From positions 3,410,001 to 3,474,000 of the forward strand of contig CM026547.1 in assembly GCA_014905635.1 (NCBI GenBank): DNA of 64,000 bases. Direction: 5' to 3'. The stretch is from Scenedesmus sp. PABB004. Taxonomy: Eukaryota. Position numbers and translations under genes: made by a program. Shown here in pieces: positions 59,460 to 64,000 of the stretch. Under the pieces are notes generated by a model. The model was not told the origin of the DNA, made no database searches, and worked only from the letters and a program-made list of their open reading frames with translations. How positions within the stretch are numbered: position 1 is the first letter of the stretch; every line of letters starts with the position of its first letter.

Positions 59460-60550
59460 TCACAGCACGAAGCGCTCGAACGCCTCCACGATGCCGCCGG
59501 CGTCGTTGCTCGCGACGACCGCGTCGGCGGCGGCCTTGACGCTCGGCACTGCATTGCCCATCGCCACGCCGACGCCCGCGCCCGCGACCATCTGCAGGTC
59601 GTTGCTGCCGTCGCCGACCGCCACCAGCTGCTCGGGCGTCAGCTGCAGGTGCTCCAGCAGCACCTGCAGGCCCGCCCACTTGTTGACGCCGCTGGGCACG
59701 ACCTCCAGCATGTTGGGCACCGCCTGCAGCAGCTCCGCGCCGACGTCGCCGCCGCGCAGCGCGGCGCCCCAGTGCGGCTTGAGCAGCGCGTCGACGCGGG
59801 CCGCGTCGCACATGAACAGCAGCTTGCGCACGCCGCTCGGCACCACCTCGAGCAGCGACCGCACGTCGGGCAGCTCCCGCGCGAGCGGCTCGTAGTACCG
59901 GGTGTGCAGCTCGCGCAGGTCGTCGGTCAGCGCCAGCGTGGCGCACTCGTCGCCGAGGAAGGCGACGCACGACACGCCGTGGCGGCCCGCCCACTCAAAC
60001 GCGTCCGCAACCACGCCCGGCGGCAGCGCCGCGTCAGAGAGCTGCTGCCCGCCGTGCCCGTGCACCGCCAGGCCCTGGCACGGCGGCGGCGGCGGCCAGG
60101 GCAGGCGGCGTGAGCGAGCGCCCGGCGCGCGCGCCGGGTGTGGCGGCAAGCCCCCCACTCCCCGCGTGGCAATGCTGCGCACACACACCTGCAGGAACAC
60201 GCCGGGGCCGCGCGACGACACGAGCAGGCCCTCGCCCGCCAGCCCCGCGTCGCGCGCGGCGGCGATGGCCGCGGGCCGCGCCTTGCCAGTCGCCAGTATG
60301 ACCTGCACGCCTGCTGCCAGCGCCGCACGGATGGCGTCCGCGCTCTCGCGGGGGATGCGGCTGCGCGAGTCCAGCAGAGTGCCGTCCATGTCCAGCGCCA
60401 CGAGCGGGACGCGCGGGCCGCGCCGCCGGCGCGCCGGCGCGCCGCCGGCCGAGCCCGCGGCGCCCGCCGCCGACGCGGCGCTGCGCGGGGAGCTCGACGC
60501 CTCGCTGCCGCTGCCACTGCCGCCGCCGCCGCCGCCACGGCTGCCGCTGC

Positions 60551-60607
<57 letters not shown>

Positions 60608-61611
60608 GCGGGGCGCCGCCGCCGTCGTCGAGCAAGAACCGATCCTCCTCGCCCTGGCTGCTGCTGTCGCCGCGCGCCGCGTCGTCCTCCGCCGCCGCGA
60701 TGAGCCCGCGGCCGGCCCAGCCCAGCTCAGCCATGAGGGCGGCCTCCAGGCCCGCCATCTCCTCATGCGCCTCCTGCCCCCGCTCGTGGTCAAAACCCGC
60801 GAGGTGAAGTAGGCCGTGCACCAGCAGCACGCGCAGCTCGTCCAGCAGCGAGTGCCTGTGGCGGGCCGGCCGGCGCGCGGCGGCGGCCGGGCTGGGTTCA
60901 GTGCTCAGCGGCGCGGCGCGCCGCCCGGCGCGGCGCGGGCCGCGCGACGCGCGCGCACCCGCGCTCGTCGGCCTGGCGGCGCGCGGTGTCGACCGAGATG
61001 ACCACGTCGCCCAGCAGCTTGACGGGCAGCGCCAGGCCCGGCGCGTCGTCGGGCATCTCGAGCGAGAGCACGTCCGTGGCCGCGTCCACGCCGCGCAGCT
61101 GCGCGTTGAGCCGCCGTATGTGCGCGTCGTCGCACAGCACGAGCGACAGGTTGGCGATGGCCGGCAGGCGGTAGCGCGGCGCCGCCGTCGCCTTGGCCGC
61201 GAGCGCGAGCGGCACCGCCGCCGCCGCGTCGGCCTCGAGCTGCGCCAGCAGGGCGTCCAGCGCGGCGCGCGGCACGCCGCGCGGCGCGCCCTCCGCCAGC
61301 GCGTCCACCTCCACCTGCAGGCCCCCCGGCGCGTAGCTCGGCAACGCGCGGCCCCACTTGAACTTGAGCAGCCGCCGCGGCCGCGACAGCGCAAACGGCA
61401 GCCCCGCCAGCGCCACCACGCCGCGCCGCGCGCCGCCGGAGCCCGGCTGCACCAGGCCGCCGCGCGGCGCCGCCGGCGGGCGGGCGCCGCATGCAAGCGC
61501 GCGGGGCCCGCGCGGCGCCGCACCGGCGCGGGGCCACGCCGCCGCGCCGGCGGCGCGCCGCTGCCCACGCAGTCCCGCGGCCGAGCAGCGGCACAGCATC
61601 TGGCGCATCAT
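59460..61611 (-). CDS. ybeY: Plastid endoribonuclease YbeY fused to Cof-type HAD hydrolase
   Basis: Three exons. IRRLNAQLRGVDAATDVLS, LGDVVIS, HGLLHLAGFDH; HAD DMDGTLLD, ATGK, NKWAGL, GDGSNDLQM; poly-Ser linker from a (CTG)n run at ~60554-60606. Confidence 0.94.
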
Positions 61612-61970
61612 CACGTGACGGCGGCCCCGGCCGGCGGGCGCGCCAGGCGGCGGCGGTCGCGGCAGCAGTAGCAGCAGCAGCGGCGGCTTTGAGGGCTCTC
61701 GCCGGGCGCCGGGGAGCGTGACGAAGCGGGGGTGGCGTCGGCACTATCAGGCGGGGGCTCGCTGCGCGAGCGGGCAGAGCGCGTGGGCGCGGGCAGACCG
61801 GCGGCCGCTGTTCAGCAGCGTGCGAAGCCTGAGCGGCGTGGGCTGCTGCCGCCCGTAGCGTCCATCATAGCCGTCCCGTCCTGCCGCAGTACGGGCAAGC
61901 CTCTGCAGCTCCGGCGCCAGCAGCAGCGACAACAGCGGCGCGGCCGGCACGCGACGGCGGGCTCGGCGCG

Positions 61971-63135
61971 ATGGCCGCCGCCGCCGCGACCGCGGCCAAG
62001 GGCCTGGGCAAGCTGCAGCAGCGCAGCACGGCCCTCTTCGTGTGCGACCTGCAGGTGCGGCGGCGCCGGGGAGCGGCGGCGTCGGCAGCAGCAGCGGCGG
62101 CGGCAGCAGCAGCGGCAGCGGCGCACGCGCACCCGCACCCGCGCGTTGCGCCAGGAGCGCTTCCGGCCGGTGATCAGCGGCTTCCCCGCGGTCGTGGACA
62201 CCGCCCGGCGCATGATTCGGGGCGCCAACGTGCTGGGCCTGCCTATCATCACGACCGAGCAATACCCCAAGGCGCTCGGCAGCACGGTGCAGGAGGTGCG
62301 CCCCGGCCCGCCCCGCGCGCGCGCTGGCACCAGGGGCGGCCCGCCGGCGAGGTGAGGGCCACCCACACACCCACACACACACACACCCACGCACACACAC
62401 CCGCCGCGCAGCTCAAGGACGTGATGCAGCCCGGCAGCCCGCTGCTCGCCAAGACGCGTTTCTCGATGGTCACGCCCGAAGTCAGCCAGCTGCTGAAGCA
62501 GAAGCCCAGCATCTCGCAGGCGCGCCGCCGCCGCTGCTGCTGCTGCCGCCGCCGCCGCCGCTGCTGCTGCTCGCGGCGGCGGCGCCGCCGCCGGGCCGGC
62601 CGTGCCCGCGGCGCCGACGGGCGTGGCGCGCCGCGCGGGCGCAGGTGCTGCTGTGTGGCATTGAGACGCACGTGTGCGTGCTGCAGACGACGCTGGACCT
62701 GCTCGAGGGCGGGTACGGCCCGCCGACGGCCGCGCGTGGCTGTGCCAGCCGCGCAGCAGCCGCCCATTCGCACGCGCCTACGCGCCGCCGCCGCGGCGCA
62801 GGTACGAGGTCCACATCCTCGTCGACGGCGTGAGCAGCCAGCGCCTGCCCGACCGCGCGGTCGGCCTGCAGCGCGCCGCGCAGTCGGGCGCCTTCCTCGT
62901 CACCAGGTGCGGCCGTGCGCGGGCCACCAGCGCCGCGCGACCCGTGCGCCGCGCGCCGCTCGACGCGCGCCGCCGCCGCCGCCGCCGCCTGACGAGCGCG
63001 GCGCGCGTCGCGCGGCGCAGCGAGATGGCCCTGTTCCAGCTGATGGAGGACGCCAAGGCGGAGCACTTCAAGGAGATCAGCAAGCTGGTGCAGGAGCCGC
63101 GCATGGACTCGCTCGGCCTGCCCTCGGCGCTGTGA
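61971..63135 (+). CDS. Isochorismatase-domain protein ISOC1/ISOC2-like
   Basis: Six exons. LFVCDLQERF, TEQYPKALGSTV, KTRFSM, LCGIETHVCVLQTTLDLL, DGVSSQR, SEMALFQLMEDAK. Confidence 0.92.
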
Positions 63136-63369
63136 GCGGGGGGGGGGGGGGGGCGCGGCCACGCCCAGCGGCCCCCGGCAGGCGGCCGCCTGTGCCCGGG
63201 GGCCCAAGGGGCAGAGGGGGGAGCGAGGGTCCAGCATCCTGTACATCAATCCCAGAGGCGCCGCGCCGCAGCCGCCGCCGCGCGCCTGTGCACCGCCATT
63301 GTGGTGCGTGTCGCGTATGCACGGCGCGGGGCCCCTCAGCCGCGGTTGTTAACATGCCGCGCCCCGCTC

Positions 63370-64000
63370 TCAGCGCGCGCCCTGCTTTGCCTTGCCCGGG
63401 GGCCTGGCCGGCCTGGCGGCGGCCGCGCGGTTGGCCGCCATCAGCGCGCACAGCTGAGCCACGACCTCCGCGCTCAGGTGGCTTGTGAGCTTGACGAGGA
63501 CCAGGCTCGGCCTCGCCGGCAGCAGCTCCAGGAAGAGCGAGGCCAGGCGGTCGCCTGGCGGGGGCGCGCACAGGCGCAGCGGCGGGCAGCCGGCGGCGCT
63601 CAGCGCGCCAGGCTGCCGCCGCTGCCGCCGCGTCGGCTGGCTGGGCGCGGACCCCCCCCCCCCCTTCCAATCACGCGCACCAATGAGGTTGAGCTCAAAA
63701 TCTATCTCCGCCAGCCCCGGGGCTGCAGCTGGCGGCCCCTCGGCCAGTGCGCTGACCAGGTCCCCCACCCCGTCCGCGTCGACGTCGGTGACGCCCAAGT
63801 CAGCGAGCGCCAGCACCTGCAGCGCGGGCATGCCCCGCAGCGCCGCGGCCAGCGCCTGCAGGCCCGCACTGCGCAGCGGGTTGCCGCTCAGCCGCAGCTG
63901 CTCCAGGACCGCGGCGCAGCTGTCGGGGCGACATGCTGCAGCTGGCGCCGCGCCGCCGCCGAGCCGGGACGCCGCCGCGCCGCCAACGCTGGGCCTACGC
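63370..64000 (-). CDS. Leucine-rich-repeat protein (RNI-like), 3' part only
   Basis: LEQLRLSGNPLRSAGLQALAAAL, LQVLALADLGV, LAEIDFELNLIG; intron ~63680-63555; stop at 63370. Confidence 0.75.
   Translation of the reverse strand, partial: RRPSVGGAAASRLGGGAAPAAACRPDSCAAVLEQLRLSGNPLRSAGLQALAAALRGMPALQVLALADLGVTDVDADGVGDLVSALAEGPPAAAPGLAEIDFELNLIGARDWKGGGGSAPSQPTRRQRRQPGALSAAGCPPLRLCAPPPGDRLASLFLELLPARPSLVLVKLTSHLSAEVVAQLCALMAANRAAAARPARPPGKAKQGAR

Noticed and set aside
59460..61611. YbeY-HAD fusion as a novel architecture
   Set aside because: This fusion is the known form of plant chloroplast YbeY.

Overview
Gene-dense, extremely GC-rich eukaryotic nuclear DNA, with short (~90-230 nt) spliceosomal introns and TGTAA polyadenylation signals. 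This points to a chlorophyte green alga (Sphaeropleales-like is an inference). Most long ORFs in the supplied track are GC artefacts. By splicing manually I reconstructed about 26 genes: pseudokinase-HECT ligase, fasciclin, MYST HAT, ArgRS, GTPBP1/2, RIOX1/NO66, Kintoun/PF13, COX5C, IQ-BAG protein, a small thylakoid protein, uL30m, rhomboid-like-UBA, RPB5, two LCI1-like 4-TM paralogues, UPL6/7-type HECT, TIM21, a secreted protein of unknown function, a CHD7-like remodeller, AUH, GH5, YbeY-HAD, ISOC, a partial LRR gene and two small membrane-protein ORFs. I saw no rRNA, tRNA, CRISPR array or transposase. Most notable: (1) about 21 of ~120 introns use GC donors; (2) two candidate bicistronic loci with unannotated small membrane proteins 14 nt upstream of AUH and 61 nt upstream of RPB5; (3) a ~270-bp bidirectional promoter duplicated in inverted orientation, serving four unrelated loci; (4) an inverted LCI1-like gene pair with near-identical 3' halves and an intron present in only one copy. 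Family assignments come from recalled motifs; no database search was run.
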